64,000 nucleotides of DNA from Polyangiales bacterium. GTDB taxonomy: Bacteria > Myxococcota_A > Polyangia > Polyangiales > Polyangiaceae. Of the stretch, positions 19,820 to 28,880 are shown one piece after another (the first letter of the stretch is position 1; each line of letters starts with the position of its first letter). The translations under genes were made by a program, and so were the position numbers. The DNA is taken from NCBI GenBank assembly GCA_038230375.1, contig JBBRNJ010000028.1, positions 1-64,000 on the forward strand, given 5' to 3'. The notes under the pieces are model-generated. The model was not told the origin of the DNA. It saw only the letters and a list, made by a program, of their open reading frames with translations, and did no database searches.

Positions 19820-21256
19820 CTACTCCTGGATCGTGGTTCCGGTCGTGTGCATGACTTCGCGGTTGAGGCGATTGCGCGAGGCGTTGAACGCGGCGGCCTT
19901 CTTCTGCGACTCCTTCTGGCCGGTGGCCCAGAGGTATGCCTTGTCGAGGTTCGCCGTGACGTCGAAGAACACGCGCGCGTCCGGGCTCCACCACACGGTG
20001 TTGGCGCCGATCACCCCGCGGCGCGTGCCGTCGGCGGCGAGCTCGTTCGTGAGGTTGTAGTAGCCGAGGGAGAGGTTGATCTCGTCGACGACGTCGTAGC
20101 CGACGCTCGCGATGAACCACACCTGCTGCTTGAACGACGTGGCGTTCGCGGAGCGCGGGACCGGGGTGACAACACCGTTGATGTTGGTCGAGATGTCGCC
20201 CTTCGGCAGGTACTTCCACTGATTGATCGTGATGAAGTCGAGCGTGAAGAGCAGCTTCGGCGTGATGGCGAGCTCAGCATCGATGAGCGCGAGCACCTGG
20301 TGATTCGTGAGGTTGCCCGGGCTGACGAGGCTGGAGCTAGTCGCGCGGCCATCGAGGTCCTGGCGCTCATAGGTGAAGTTGCCGTAGTTCGCAGGGCTGG
20401 TGGACTGGCTGAAGGGGTGCGTATACGCGGCCGAGAGCGCGAACTTCGCGGAGTTCAGGTACTTTGCCTCCTCACCTCTGATGGGGACGTCCTGCGAGAT
20501 GGAGCCGGTGGCGCCGGCAGTGATGTAGATACCTTGCGCCTGGCTCTCCTTCGAGGCCGGCAAAAGCGTACGAAGACCGACGCGTTCCTCGGTGTTCTTC
20601 GAGAGCTTCGGCAGGGCGTACACGAGGTTCGCCCAGATGTCGCCGAACACGTCTTCGTGCTTGTACGTGGTGTTCTCGGCGTTGGTGAGATCCTTGTAGT
20701 AGTCGAACCTCATGTTGAAGTTCAGCTTCTCCGTGAAGTAGTAGCGCGGGCGGAAGGAAATCCACCATTCGTACGAGCCGACGTAGGTCTGCTGGGTCGC
20801 CGGATCGAGGTGTGTGGTCTGCGAGCTCATGTTCTGGTCGAACATGAGGGTCGAGCCACGCCACGCGAGCTTCTTCTCGTCCTTCTTCTTGTCACTCTCG
20901 CCCGAGACCGTGTCCTTTGCGGGGGTCTCGGTGGTGAGGGAGAGCGAGACGCCAGGGCCGCCGGGCTCGTTCGCCTTGGGCTCCGGCGCGGCGGGAGCAG
21001 CGGGGGGCGTCGGGTCAGCGGCTGGAGCGGGCTGAGCGGCTGGAGCTGCGGGCGCGGCAGGCTGCGTCGCGGGCTGAGCCGGCGCCGTGGGGGTCGCGGG
21101 CTGAGCCGGCGCCGTGGGGGTCGCGGGCTGAGCCGTGGCGGGGGCTTGAGCCGTGGCCGGGGGTGTGGGGGCGGGATCCTGCGCGGCAAAGGCGGCGGAG
21201 GGGATCAACGAAGAAGCCGCGACCAGCGCGACCCCAAGGTGTTTCAGCGTTCTCAC
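19820..21256 (-). CDS. Outer-membrane beta-barrel-like protein with a Pro/Ala/Thr-rich N-terminus
   Basis: Signal peptide (AFA); PATPTAPAQ repeats; aromatic-rich beta strands. Confidence 0.65.
   Translation of the reverse strand: MRTLKHLGVALVAASSLIPSAAFAAQDPAPTPPATAQAPATAQPATPTAPAQPATPTAPAQPATQPAAPAAPAAQPAPAADPTPPAAPAAPEPKANEPGGPGVSLSLTTETPAKDTVSGESDKKKDEKKLAWRGSTLMFDQNMSSQTTHLDPATQQTYVGSYEWWISFRPRYYFTEKLNFNMRFDYYKDLTNAENTTYKHEDVFGDIWANLVYALPKLSKNTEERVGLRTLLPASKESQAQGIYITAGATGSISQDVPIRGEEAKYLNSAKFALSAAYTHPFSQSTSPANYGNFTYERQDLDGRATSSSLVSPGNLTNHQVLALIDAELAITPKLLFTLDFITINQWKYLPKGDISTNINGVVTPVPRSANATSFKQQVWFIASVGYDVVDEINLSLGYYNLTNELAADGTRRGVIGANTVWWSPDARVFFDVTANLDKAYLWATGQKESQKKAAAFNASRNRLNREVMHTTGTTIQE
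21066..21135. repeat. 27-bp coding tandem repeat (~2.6 copies)
   Basis: GTCGCGGGCTGAGCCGGCGCCGTGGGG at 21066 and 21093, partial at 21120. Confidence 0.85.
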
Positions 21257-21671
21257 GTGTCACTGCTCCTAGCGGCGAAGAAACTCCGCGGTCGGCCCGC
21301 CATAGCACACTCCATGGCTGAGGCTCGCGGCAATATTCGTCACTCTTACGACCCACTTCACGAAACCGCCCTCCAGAGGGAGAGTCGGGGTGCGACTGCC
21401 TTCACGGTTGCGGGGACACGACATGCGCGCTGGCTCGGCATGCCCCGCAAGGCGGAAGGACGAGCGCAGTTATGCAAATGACGCGCCGTCATGAAATGGC
21501 GGCTTTTGTAGGGAGTAGCGGGCCTGACAGCTGGCGCGCGTGCAGTCGTTAGCAGGCTGACAGCGCGAAGGCTGACGGCCGATGCCGGCCTTCTTGTAAG
21601 CATGCTGACAAGAACGGTGGCCTCACGGGGGGCAGCTTGGCAGTGGGGCGAGGGTCTGCTACTCGGCAGCC

Positions 21672-22067
21672 ATGGATCAAGCCCTCCCGGCCAGCGAAAT
21701 CACCGCCCTCCTCGGCAAGGGCACCCGCTTCGACGGAAAGCTCCACTTCGAGGGCCGCGTCCGCATCGACGGTGTCTTCAAGGGCGAGATCAAGAGCGAC
21801 GACACGCTGATCATCGGTGATGGCGCGGAGGTCCACGCGGAGATCGACGTCGCGACCGTGATCGTTCGGGGGGGCGTCGTCAACGGCAACATCCGCGCGA
21901 AGAGCTCGCTCGAGATTCACGCGCCGGGACGCCTCATCGGCAACATCCACTCGCCGTCGGTCTTCATCGATCGCGGCGTGGAGTTCCAGGGCAGCTGCCG
22001 CATGGATCCCATCGACGAGAAGCCCCAGAAGCCGGTCTCACAGATCGCCTCCCAGCCTCGGGCTTGA
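21672..22067 (+). CDS. Bactofilin (polymer-forming cytoskeletal protein)
   Basis: LLGKGTRFDGKLHFEGRVRIDG...GVEFQGSCRM. Confidence 0.92.
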   Translation: MDQALPASEITALLGKGTRFDGKLHFEGRVRIDGVFKGEIKSDDTLIIGDGAEVHAEIDVATVIVRGGVVNGNIRAKSSLEIHAPGRLIGNIHSPSVFIDRGVEFQGSCRMDPIDEKPQKPVSQIASQPRA

Positions 22068-22073
22068 ACAGGC

Positions 22074-22553
22074 TTGAACGGCGTCCGCTGGGGCGAGATA
22101 CGCCGCCGTTCGACTCCCTGGTTGCCGTTTCTGGTCGTTGGGGTTGCGCTGTCGTGTGGTGCGCAGGCGCGGGTCGCATCGCTGCCCGCCCCGATGGACG
22201 CCGGTAGCGTGGACGCTGTGATCGTGGATGCGGCGACCGCTGACGTGGAGGTGCTTGCCCCTGCCCCGCCGCTCACGCTTCCTTCCATGAGCGGCACGGT
22301 GGCGGAGCCCGAGCAGACGCTGGAGCTGCTCGATCCGTTTCGGACGGAGTTACCCATGCTGGAGGACGGATGCGTCCGCGTCGTGTTCGCTGCAGGTGCT
22401 CCGGTCGAGGCGTCGCTTGGTGCGAGCCACGTGCGCGGCGTGACCGGCGCGCTGGGCCCGCGAGGTCCGGTCTGTGAGCGCAGTGGACACGCGCTCATCC
22501 TCTTGTTCACGGGACGCGCGAACGTGCGCTATCAGGTCTTCCGCACGCGTTGA
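22074..22553 (+). CDS. Hypothetical lipoprotein (start uncertain)
   Basis: Lipobox-like ALSC; follows bactofilin. Confidence 0.45.
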   Translation: MNGVRWGEIRRRSTPWLPFLVVGVALSCGAQARVASLPAPMDAGSVDAVIVDAATADVEVLAPAPPLTLPSMSGTVAEPEQTLELLDPFRTELPMLEDGCVRVVFAAGAPVEASLGASHVRGVTGALGPRGPVCERSGHALILLFTGRANVRYQVFRTR

Positions 22554-23161
22554 GGCAGACCACGACCCACCTGCGAGGGCGGCGGTCGCGACACGCCGTC
22601 TCCGTCCGCATCGAAGAATCGCAGCGGGAGATCCGCATCCTCTTCCGCGTATGCAACGCCGACGCGCGCGCTCACCGTCACGCGTGGGCGGCGCTCCGCG
22701 GCGACGAAGAAGAGCGCTCCCGACATGCAGCTACGACCATTGTCGCTGCGCGAGAAGCCCAGAGCCCGTGCCAGCCGACCCGGCCCGTCCGCACGCGCGG
22801 TGTCCAGGAGCAGCACGGCGCCGCGCAGCAGCACGGCGTGGCCCGAGCCCTTCGCGCGGGTCACCACGTTGAAGCAGTCGTGCATGCCGTACACCAGAAA
22901 GCAGTATGCGGTCCCTGGGCTGCCGAAGATGGCGTGTGTGCGTGGCGTATCGCCGAAGCGCGCGTGGCAGGCACGATCCTTCGGCCCGCGGTAGGCCTCC
23001 GTCTCCGCGATGCGTGCAATCTGCACGCGATCGTCTCGGACGTGCACCAGGCGCGTGCCAACGAGCGCACGTGCCACGACCCGTGCGTCGCGCGCGAAGA
23101 AGTCCTCTGCGAGCATCTGTGCGCGCAGCGAGGAAAGGTCGACGGAGGCCGGGGCGGTCAT
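22532..23161 (-). CDS. mpg: 3-methyladenine DNA glycosylase (AAG/MPG family)
   Basis: ETEAYRGPKDRACHA, YGMHDCFNVV, AVLLRG, GPGRL, RVGV. Confidence 0.92.
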   Translation of the reverse strand: MTAPASVDLSSLRAQMLAEDFFARDARVVARALVGTRLVHVRDDRVQIARIAETEAYRGPKDRACHARFGDTPRTHAIFGSPGTAYCFLVYGMHDCFNVVTRAKGSGHAVLLRGAVLLLDTARADGPGRLARALGFSRSDNGRSCMSGALFFVAAERRPRVTVSARVGVAYAEEDADLPLRFFDADGDGVSRPPPSQVGRGLPQRVRKT

Positions 23162-23177
23162 GCCCCCCGATGGTAGT

Positions 23178-23762
23178 TCAGTTCACGAGATCGATGTCGA
23201 CGCGGCGGTCGTGCGCCCACGTGCTCTCGTCGCGGCCATTCGCGTCGAGCTCGCCGCGCGACGTGGCGCGAAGACGGACCGCGGCCACGCCCAGATCGTG
23301 CAGGTAGCGGCGAACGGAGTCCGCGCGGCTCTCGCCAAGGGACATGTTGTACTCGGCCTCGCCACGGGGGTCGGTGCGGCCAGTGAGCTCGACGTTCTTG
23401 CCGCGGAGCGCGCCCTCGGCCATGCACTTTGCGAGCGTGCTCAGGAGCTCCTTGTCCTCGTCCACGATGCTCGTGGAGTCGTACCCGAACTCGGGCGTCG
23501 CGCGCGCTGCCTGCAGGTGACACGCGCGGGCGATCTCGCTCGACACCGCCAGGTTCGGCGACACGTTGACGGGCGGCTCTGCGCGCTCTCGGGCACGAAG
23601 CGCGGCCGCCTGCGCGTCATCCATCGTCCCGTCGGTCTGGGCGGTGGGCGCGGTCTTCTGCGTTGGTACCTGGGCCTTCAGCGCAGGCTTCTGCGATGCG
23701 CAGCCGGCGGCGAACATGAGGCTGGTTGCAAGGGTCAGAGCTACGAGTGCCGTTCGCTTCAT
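23178..23762 (-). CDS. OmpA/Pal family peptidoglycan-associated lipoprotein
   Basis: Lipobox AAGC; GRTDPRGEAEYNMSLGESRA...SRGE...DRRVDI. Confidence 0.9.
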   Translation of the reverse strand: MKRTALVALTLATSLMFAAGCASQKPALKAQVPTQKTAPTAQTDGTMDDAQAAALRARERAEPPVNVSPNLAVSSEIARACHLQAARATPEFGYDSTSIVDEDKELLSTLAKCMAEGALRGKNVELTGRTDPRGEAEYNMSLGESRADSVRRYLHDLGVAAVRLRATSRGELDANGRDESTWAHDRRVDIDLVN

Positions 23763-23873
23763 TGGGAGAACCTCCAGGTGAGTGGGCCAGTGAAGTCGTT
23801 CGGCATGAAAACGGGCAACTTTGTCGCTTTCTTCCCGTTCCCTTCTGGACGAAAGGGGCTACGTTTTGGAGCC

Positions 23874-24491
23874 ATGGATTTGACCGTTCTCATTGAGCCC
23901 AAGCTCGACCTACCGCGCCTGTCCGAGGTGCTTGACGGGCTCGGCCACGAAGGTCGCGTCCACTGCACGCGCGGCTGGGACAAGAAGAAGATGGTGACGC
24001 TCTTCGACGCAGCGAAGGGTTTTCTTCCGCTCGATCTCTCTCACTACGTGCCTGACAGCGTCGGGCCCGTCACCGAGGTCATCCACGACGGCAAGAACTC
24101 CCTCCCCGCGTTCTCCCACTTCCAGAAGCGCTTCATGCGCCCGTCTGCAGGCTCCGAGAACCAGGGGAAGCTCATCGGCTACAACCATCAGCCCCTCGAG
24201 TGGCTCGGGGCCGTCATTGGTCCGGGCTACTTCGTCACGCGGCTCGCCTCGCCCGTCGAAGAGGGCGGCATGGAAGGCGTCGACGTGGACATCGACTACA
24301 AGCTGCTCCCGAACGAGAAGTGCGAGAGCTGGCCCGCGATCGAGAACAACGACGGACGCGGCAAGCTCGTGTACGCCAACATGATCGATCACATGCGCAA
24401 GCTCTCCAACCACGTGTCGATCGGCCGCGCGGAGAAGGGCGGCAAGGTCATGGACGCCTGGTTCGTGCTCGTGCGCCGGGACGTCAGCTGA
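23874..24491 (+). CDS. Conserved hypothetical protein
   Basis: Good codon bias; IHDGKNSLPAFSHFQKRF, GPGYF, VSIGRA; no recognised domain. Confidence 0.7.
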   Translation: MDLTVLIEPKLDLPRLSEVLDGLGHEGRVHCTRGWDKKKMVTLFDAAKGFLPLDLSHYVPDSVGPVTEVIHDGKNSLPAFSHFQKRFMRPSAGSENQGKLIGYNHQPLEWLGAVIGPGYFVTRLASPVEEGGMEGVDVDIDYKLLPNEKCESWPAIENNDGRGKLVYANMIDHMRKLSNHVSIGRAEKGGKVMDAWFVLVRRDVS

Positions 24492-24502
24492 GGAAGGCCT
24501 GA

Positions 24503-25642
24503 ATGGAGGTCCGGATAATCGATCGCATCGGCGCGATCGATCGTGACGAGTGGAACGCGCTGATCTCCCCGAGGGAGGCGCCCTTCGTCGAGTACGACTG
24601 GCTCCACGGCCTGGAGGAAGCGAAGTGCACCGGCGGTGACTCCGGCTGGCATCCAGTGCATTTCACGTTTCGCGACGCTGGAAAGCTCGTGGCTGCGGCG
24701 CCTGCGTACGTGAAGGAGAACAGCGAGGGCGAGTTCATCTACGACTGGTCCTGGGCCGAGGCCGCCGCGCGCGCGGGCATCGCCTACTATCCGAAGCTCG
24801 TCTTCGGGGTGCCGTTCACGCCGGTCACCGGGCCGCGCCTCTTGTGCCCCGACGAGCTTCGCAAGACCCTCGTGCCGACGCTCGCGGAGGTCGCAGATGC
24901 TTTCGTGAAGAAGGCAGGGCTCTCATCTGCGCACGTGCTCTTCGCGGAGGAGGCAGAGGCGGAGGCGTGGGTGAGCGCGGGCTTCATGCACCGCCTGAGC
25001 ACGCAGTTTCATTTCGTGAACGACGGCTACAAGACGTTCGAGGACTTCCTGACGCGCTTGCCGTCCAAGAAGCGCACGCAGCTGCGGCGCGAGCGCGGCC
25101 AAGCCGCGAAGGACGGGATCACGATCGAGACGCACCCGCCCACGCAGCCGGACAAGGAGCTCGTCTCCACGATGTACGAGCTCTACCTCACCACCGTGGA
25201 CAAGTTCTCGTGGGGGCGTCGGTACCTGAATCCGCGCTTCTTCGAGTACGTCGGAAAGCACTTCTTTCATAGGCTCGCGTGGGTCCTCGCGAAGCGCGAG
25301 GGGCGCGTGATCGCCAGCGCGTTCAACCTGAAGAAGGACAAACGGCTCTTCGGCCGTTACTGGGGCACGTTCGAGGAGCACCCCTTCCTGCACTTCAACG
25401 TCTGCTACTACCACGGCGTCGACGAGTGCATCCGCGAGGGGCTGTCCGTGTTCGAGCCCGGCGCGGGCGGCGAGCACAAACGCGTGCGCGGCTTCTTGCC
25501 CACCATCATGCACTCCACGCATCTCATCGAGCACCGCGGGCTGGACCACGCCATCCGCGACTACCTCACGCGCGAGCGCAGCGCCGTCATCAAGCTGGTC
25601 GACCAGGAGCGCGCCGAGTCCGGCCTCATCCGGTCGACCTAG
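24503..25642 (+). CDS. GNAT/FemAB-like family protein
   Basis: YVKENSEGEFIYDWSWA, YYPKL..VPFTPVTG, GRYWG, LHFNVCYY, FEPGAGGEHK. Confidence 0.9.
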   Translation: MEVRIIDRIGAIDRDEWNALISPREAPFVEYDWLHGLEEAKCTGGDSGWHPVHFTFRDAGKLVAAAPAYVKENSEGEFIYDWSWAEAAARAGIAYYPKLVFGVPFTPVTGPRLLCPDELRKTLVPTLAEVADAFVKKAGLSSAHVLFAEEAEAEAWVSAGFMHRLSTQFHFVNDGYKTFEDFLTRLPSKKRTQLRRERGQAAKDGITIETHPPTQPDKELVSTMYELYLTTVDKFSWGRRYLNPRFFEYVGKHFFHRLAWVLAKREGRVIASAFNLKKDKRLFGRYWGTFEEHPFLHFNVCYYHGVDECIREGLSVFEPGAGGEHKRVRGFLPTIMHSTHLIEHRGLDHAIRDYLTRERSAVIKLVDQERAESGLIRST

Positions 25643-25676
25643 AGCACGAGCGCCACGTCGCGCAGAGGTCGAGCGC

Positions 25677-26510
25677 TCAGGTCGGCATGCGGGGCTGCGA
25701 AAGGGCCGCGCTCGGACGGAAGACATCCTTGGCGGCGCGCACCTTCGCGAACATCTGCGCGGGCGTCTCCGACGCGTCAATGGCGAGGGCCTTGCGCAGC
25801 TCTGCCGAGTCCAGGCGCAAGAACGGGTTCGTGGCGAGCTCCTCCTCGATGGTGCCCGGCACGGTGGGCTTGTTCGCGCGCCGTTCCGTGGCCGCGCGTT
25901 CCCGTGCCTGTTCGAGCCGCAGGTTGGTGGGCTCCAGGGTGGCCGCAAAGCGGTAGTTCGACTCGGTGTACTCGTGGCCGCAGTAGATGCGCGTCTCCTT
26001 CGGCAGTGCCGCGACCTTCTGGAGAGATGCGTGCATCATCTCTGGAGTTCCCTCGAAGACGCGCCCACAGCCGCCGATGAAGAGCGTGTCGCCCGTGAAC
26101 ACGATGGGGTCGGCCGCGCCCTCGCGAACGACATACGCGACCGCGCCAGTGGTGTGTCCGGGAATGTGCATCGCCGTGATGCTCATGTTCGCGAACGTGA
26201 AGGACTCCCCGTCTTTCAGGAAATGCGTCTGCGCGGGAATGCGGCCCCGGTCCGAGTCGTGGCCGTATACGGTGGCCACGCCCAGCTCCGAAACGAGCGC
26301 CTCCACGCCACCCACGTGATCGTGGTGGTGGTGCGTACACAGGATGGCCTTCACCGTGAGCGCCCTGCCGTCGCGGGTCTTCTGCTGCGCGAGCGCGGAG
26401 AGCACGGGGCCCCCCTCTGACGGGTCCACCACCATGCACTCGTTCGTTCCGGGCGCGATGAGCAGGTACGCGTAGTTGTCAGAAAGGCACGGGACGGGGA
26501 CGGTGAGCAT
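25677..26510 (-). CDS. gloB: Hydroxyacylglutathione hydrolase (glyoxalase II)
   Basis: DNYAYL, THHHHDHVGG, PGHT, FTGDTLFIGGCGR, CGHEYT, TNPFLR. Confidence 0.95.
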   Translation of the reverse strand: MLTVPVPCLSDNYAYLLIAPGTNECMVVDPSEGGPVLSALAQQKTRDGRALTVKAILCTHHHHDHVGGVEALVSELGVATVYGHDSDRGRIPAQTHFLKDGESFTFANMSITAMHIPGHTTGAVAYVVREGAADPIVFTGDTLFIGGCGRVFEGTPEMMHASLQKVAALPKETRIYCGHEYTESNYRFAATLEPTNLRLEQARERAATERRANKPTVPGTIEEELATNPFLRLDSAELRKALAIDASETPAQMFAKVRAAKDVFRPSAALSQPRMPT

Positions 26511-27920
26511 CTACTTGGTTCCTTGGTTGAGATACGCGCGGTTCAGGCAGCTCTTCTGGCAGGCGTACGGCATGATGTCCTTGATCGCCGCGCTGTCTTC
26601 CTTGTAGCGCTTCACGAGCGCCATGTATTCGTCCCCTGAAATGATGGGGTGCTCTTCACCAGGGTCGGCGACGAGATCGTACTCGCGCATTGCGGCGTCC
26701 GCACCGAATGCGAGCAGCTTCTTCCCTCCGCGCACCACCGCGCGGCGACGCTCGTTGTCGCTGGTGTCGGGCAGGTCAAGGATGACGTCGCGCGCTTCGG
26801 GCTCCTTGCCCGAGAGCAGCGCCGGCAAGAGGCTGCGCCCCACCATGGCGTCGTCCTTCGACACGCCCATCATCTCCAGGATGGTCGGTGCCAGGTCGAT
26901 CGCGGAGACCTCTGTCTCGAGGCGCTTTGGTGCGCCGCCGCCAGGCACGTAGAAGAAGAGCGGCACGCGTACCAGGTTCTCCCACAGCTCGAAGCCGTGG
27001 TTCACCTGGTTGTGCTCGCCGAACGCCTCGCCGTGGTCAGCGGTCACGATGATCACCGTGCGGTCGCGCCAGGCCGCCTTGTCCACGAAGTCGAGGAGCT
27101 TGCCGATCTTCTGGTCCGTGTAGAGGACCTCCGCGTCATACCTGTCGCGCGCCTTCTTGCCGAACGGCGGGATCCCGTCCGCGTCGTGCGGCATGTACAT
27201 GTCGTGCGGGTCGAGGAAGTGGAACCACGCGAAGAAGCGCGATGTGGTGTCCCCCTCCGCGATGGCGCTCGCGAGGAGCTTCTCGGCCAGCTTTTCGTGC
27301 TGCTCACCGCTCACGTTCTCGTCGGTGGTGTTGTTCCACTTCAGGTTCGGCACGAGCTCCCAGGTGTCGAACCCCTGCTGGAAGCCTGCGTCCTTGAAGT
27401 AGCCGTGCGCGTGCGCGGACACGGTCTTCACCTTCGCGGCCTGGAGGAGCTCCGGGAAGAACAGGTTCTCCTTGGGGTATGTGCCGAAGAAGAAGCCGTC
27501 GCGTTTGAGCTCGCTCGGGTAGCGACCCGCAAGCAATCCGCCAACGCTCATCGACGTGTACGAAGAGACCGCGTACGAATGCGTGAAGGATACACTCTTC
27601 TTCTCGAGCGCCGTGAGGTTCGGTGCGATGTCGCGCGGGTAGCCGGACCACGGCATGTCGGCGCGCAGGCTGTCGATCGAGATGAGGAGCACGTTCGCGT
27701 GCTCGGGCAGCTTCGCGAGGGCGCCATTGCCCGTCGGGGGGCCTGAGTCTGCGGCTACCAGCAAAGCGCCCGCATCCGCGGCCGCCGACCCTGGCGAAGG
27801 TGCGGACGACGGTGACGGCGCGACCTTCGCGTTGCCGCCCCCCTTGGGCGCGGCCTTGGGGCCGGTATCGCAGGCAGCGCACGCAGAGACGATCGCGAGC
27901 GACAAGAGAGCGCTGAGCAT
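26511..27920 (-). CDS. Sulfatase/alkaline phosphatase superfamily lipoprotein
   Basis: NVLLISIDSLRAD, SSYTSMS, HFLDPH, TADHGE, VPL; signal peptide with Cys. Confidence 0.85.
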   Translation of the reverse strand: MLSALLSLAIVSACAACDTGPKAAPKGGGNAKVAPSPSSAPSPGSAAADAGALLVAADSGPPTGNGALAKLPEHANVLLISIDSLRADMPWSGYPRDIAPNLTALEKKSVSFTHSYAVSSYTSMSVGGLLAGRYPSELKRDGFFFGTYPKENLFFPELLQAAKVKTVSAHAHGYFKDAGFQQGFDTWELVPNLKWNNTTDENVSGEQHEKLAEKLLASAIAEGDTTSRFFAWFHFLDPHDMYMPHDADGIPPFGKKARDRYDAEVLYTDQKIGKLLDFVDKAAWRDRTVIIVTADHGEAFGEHNQVNHGFELWENLVRVPLFFYVPGGGAPKRLETEVSAIDLAPTILEMMGVSKDDAMVGRSLLPALLSGKEPEARDVILDLPDTSDNERRRAVVRGGKKLLAFGADAAMREYDLVADPGEEHPIISGDEYMALVKRYKEDSAAIKDIMPYACQKSCLNRAYLNQGTK

Positions 27921-27973
27921 GCACCGACGAGCGTCGCGCCGCGTATTCAGGTTTCTCCCCGCTCGCTGCTCGC

Positions 27974-28843
27974 TCACTGGTCTGTGGCGTCGAAAGATCC
28001 GTCGAAGCTGGCGTCGGGGCCTGCGTCCACGTCGACGTGCGGACCCATGAACACGCGGAAGAACGACAGCGTCTGGTTGTCCGCCTCCAGGTTCACCTTG
28101 CCGGTGTACGTGAAGCCATCGACGTCGTCCTGCGGGAACGGCAGCTGGCTGCACGTGGGGTGCTTCGCGATGATCGTCAGATCTTTGCCGATGGGCACGT
28201 TGTAGATGACGACGTGCGGGTTCTCGCCCTTGCCGCCACTGGTCAGCGAGGTGTCGGGGAACTGCGCCTTCAAGTAGACCAGGTTGGTCGAGGCGTCGCG
28301 CGGCGAGATGTCGAACGTCACGCCACCCTCGCTGGGGCAGCCCGCCAACGGGATGGCCCATACGCTGATGACGCCCAGGGCGACGTTCACGTCGATCCCG
28401 GTGAGGCTGAGCGCCCGGAGCAGCGTCTTGGCGGTATCGACGCTTGGCAAACGCGTACTACCGCGGCTCCGGTCCTGCTTCAGCAGCCACTGCCCTTCGA
28501 GCAGCTTGTAGTAGTTCGGCGCGGTGATGACCATGTCGACCGGCGTGTCGAGCGGGTAGAGGACGGAGTAGTTCCCCTTCGCGTCCGACGTGACCGTCTT
28601 TCCACCAATGTTGATGGTGGCGCCGGGAACGCCCGTGCCTTCCTGGCCCAGGATGACGATGCGACCGCTCTGCTGCGCCTGTCCGGGGTGCGCCGGTCCG
28701 GAATCAACGGTGCCACCCTCACCGCCGGAGCCGCCCTCGTCGCTGAGAGCGCGCAGCGGAACCGTGTCCTCGTCGCAAGCCATGAAGAGCGCGGCCGAGC
28801 CGGCGAGCGCGGAGATGGCAAAGTAAGCAGCGGCCTTGTTCAT
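27974..28843 (-). CDS. Lipoprotein with a carboxypeptidase-regulatory-like beta-sandwich domain
   Basis: Lipobox FMAC; GVPGATI...TSDAKGNY motif. Confidence 0.6.
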   Translation of the reverse strand: MNKAAAYFAISALAGSAALFMACDEDTVPLRALSDEGGSGGEGGTVDSGPAHPGQAQQSGRIVILGQEGTGVPGATINIGGKTVTSDAKGNYSVLYPLDTPVDMVITAPNYYKLLEGQWLLKQDRSRGSTRLPSVDTAKTLLRALSLTGIDVNVALGVISVWAIPLAGCPSEGGVTFDISPRDASTNLVYLKAQFPDTSLTSGGKGENPHVVIYNVPIGKDLTIIAKHPTCSQLPFPQDDVDGFTYTGKVNLEADNQTLSFFRVFMGPHVDVDAGPDASFDGSFDATDQ

Positions 28844-28880
28844 AGGGAAGCCTCCAAAACCTGAGCGTATCACGCGCCCC

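Noticed and set aside
21395..21450. Cobalamin riboswitch (minus-strand TGTCCCCGCAACCGTGA resembles CCCGCAACTGT)
   Set aside because: The upstream AGGGAA-GGTG-AATCC elements and the B12 box (GCCAG-AGACC) are not visible.
19781..21481. Long antisense ORFs (also 30696-32681, 36306-38297, 42749-44302 and others)
   Set aside because: Shadow ORFs expected from high GC3 codon bias opposite well-supported genes.
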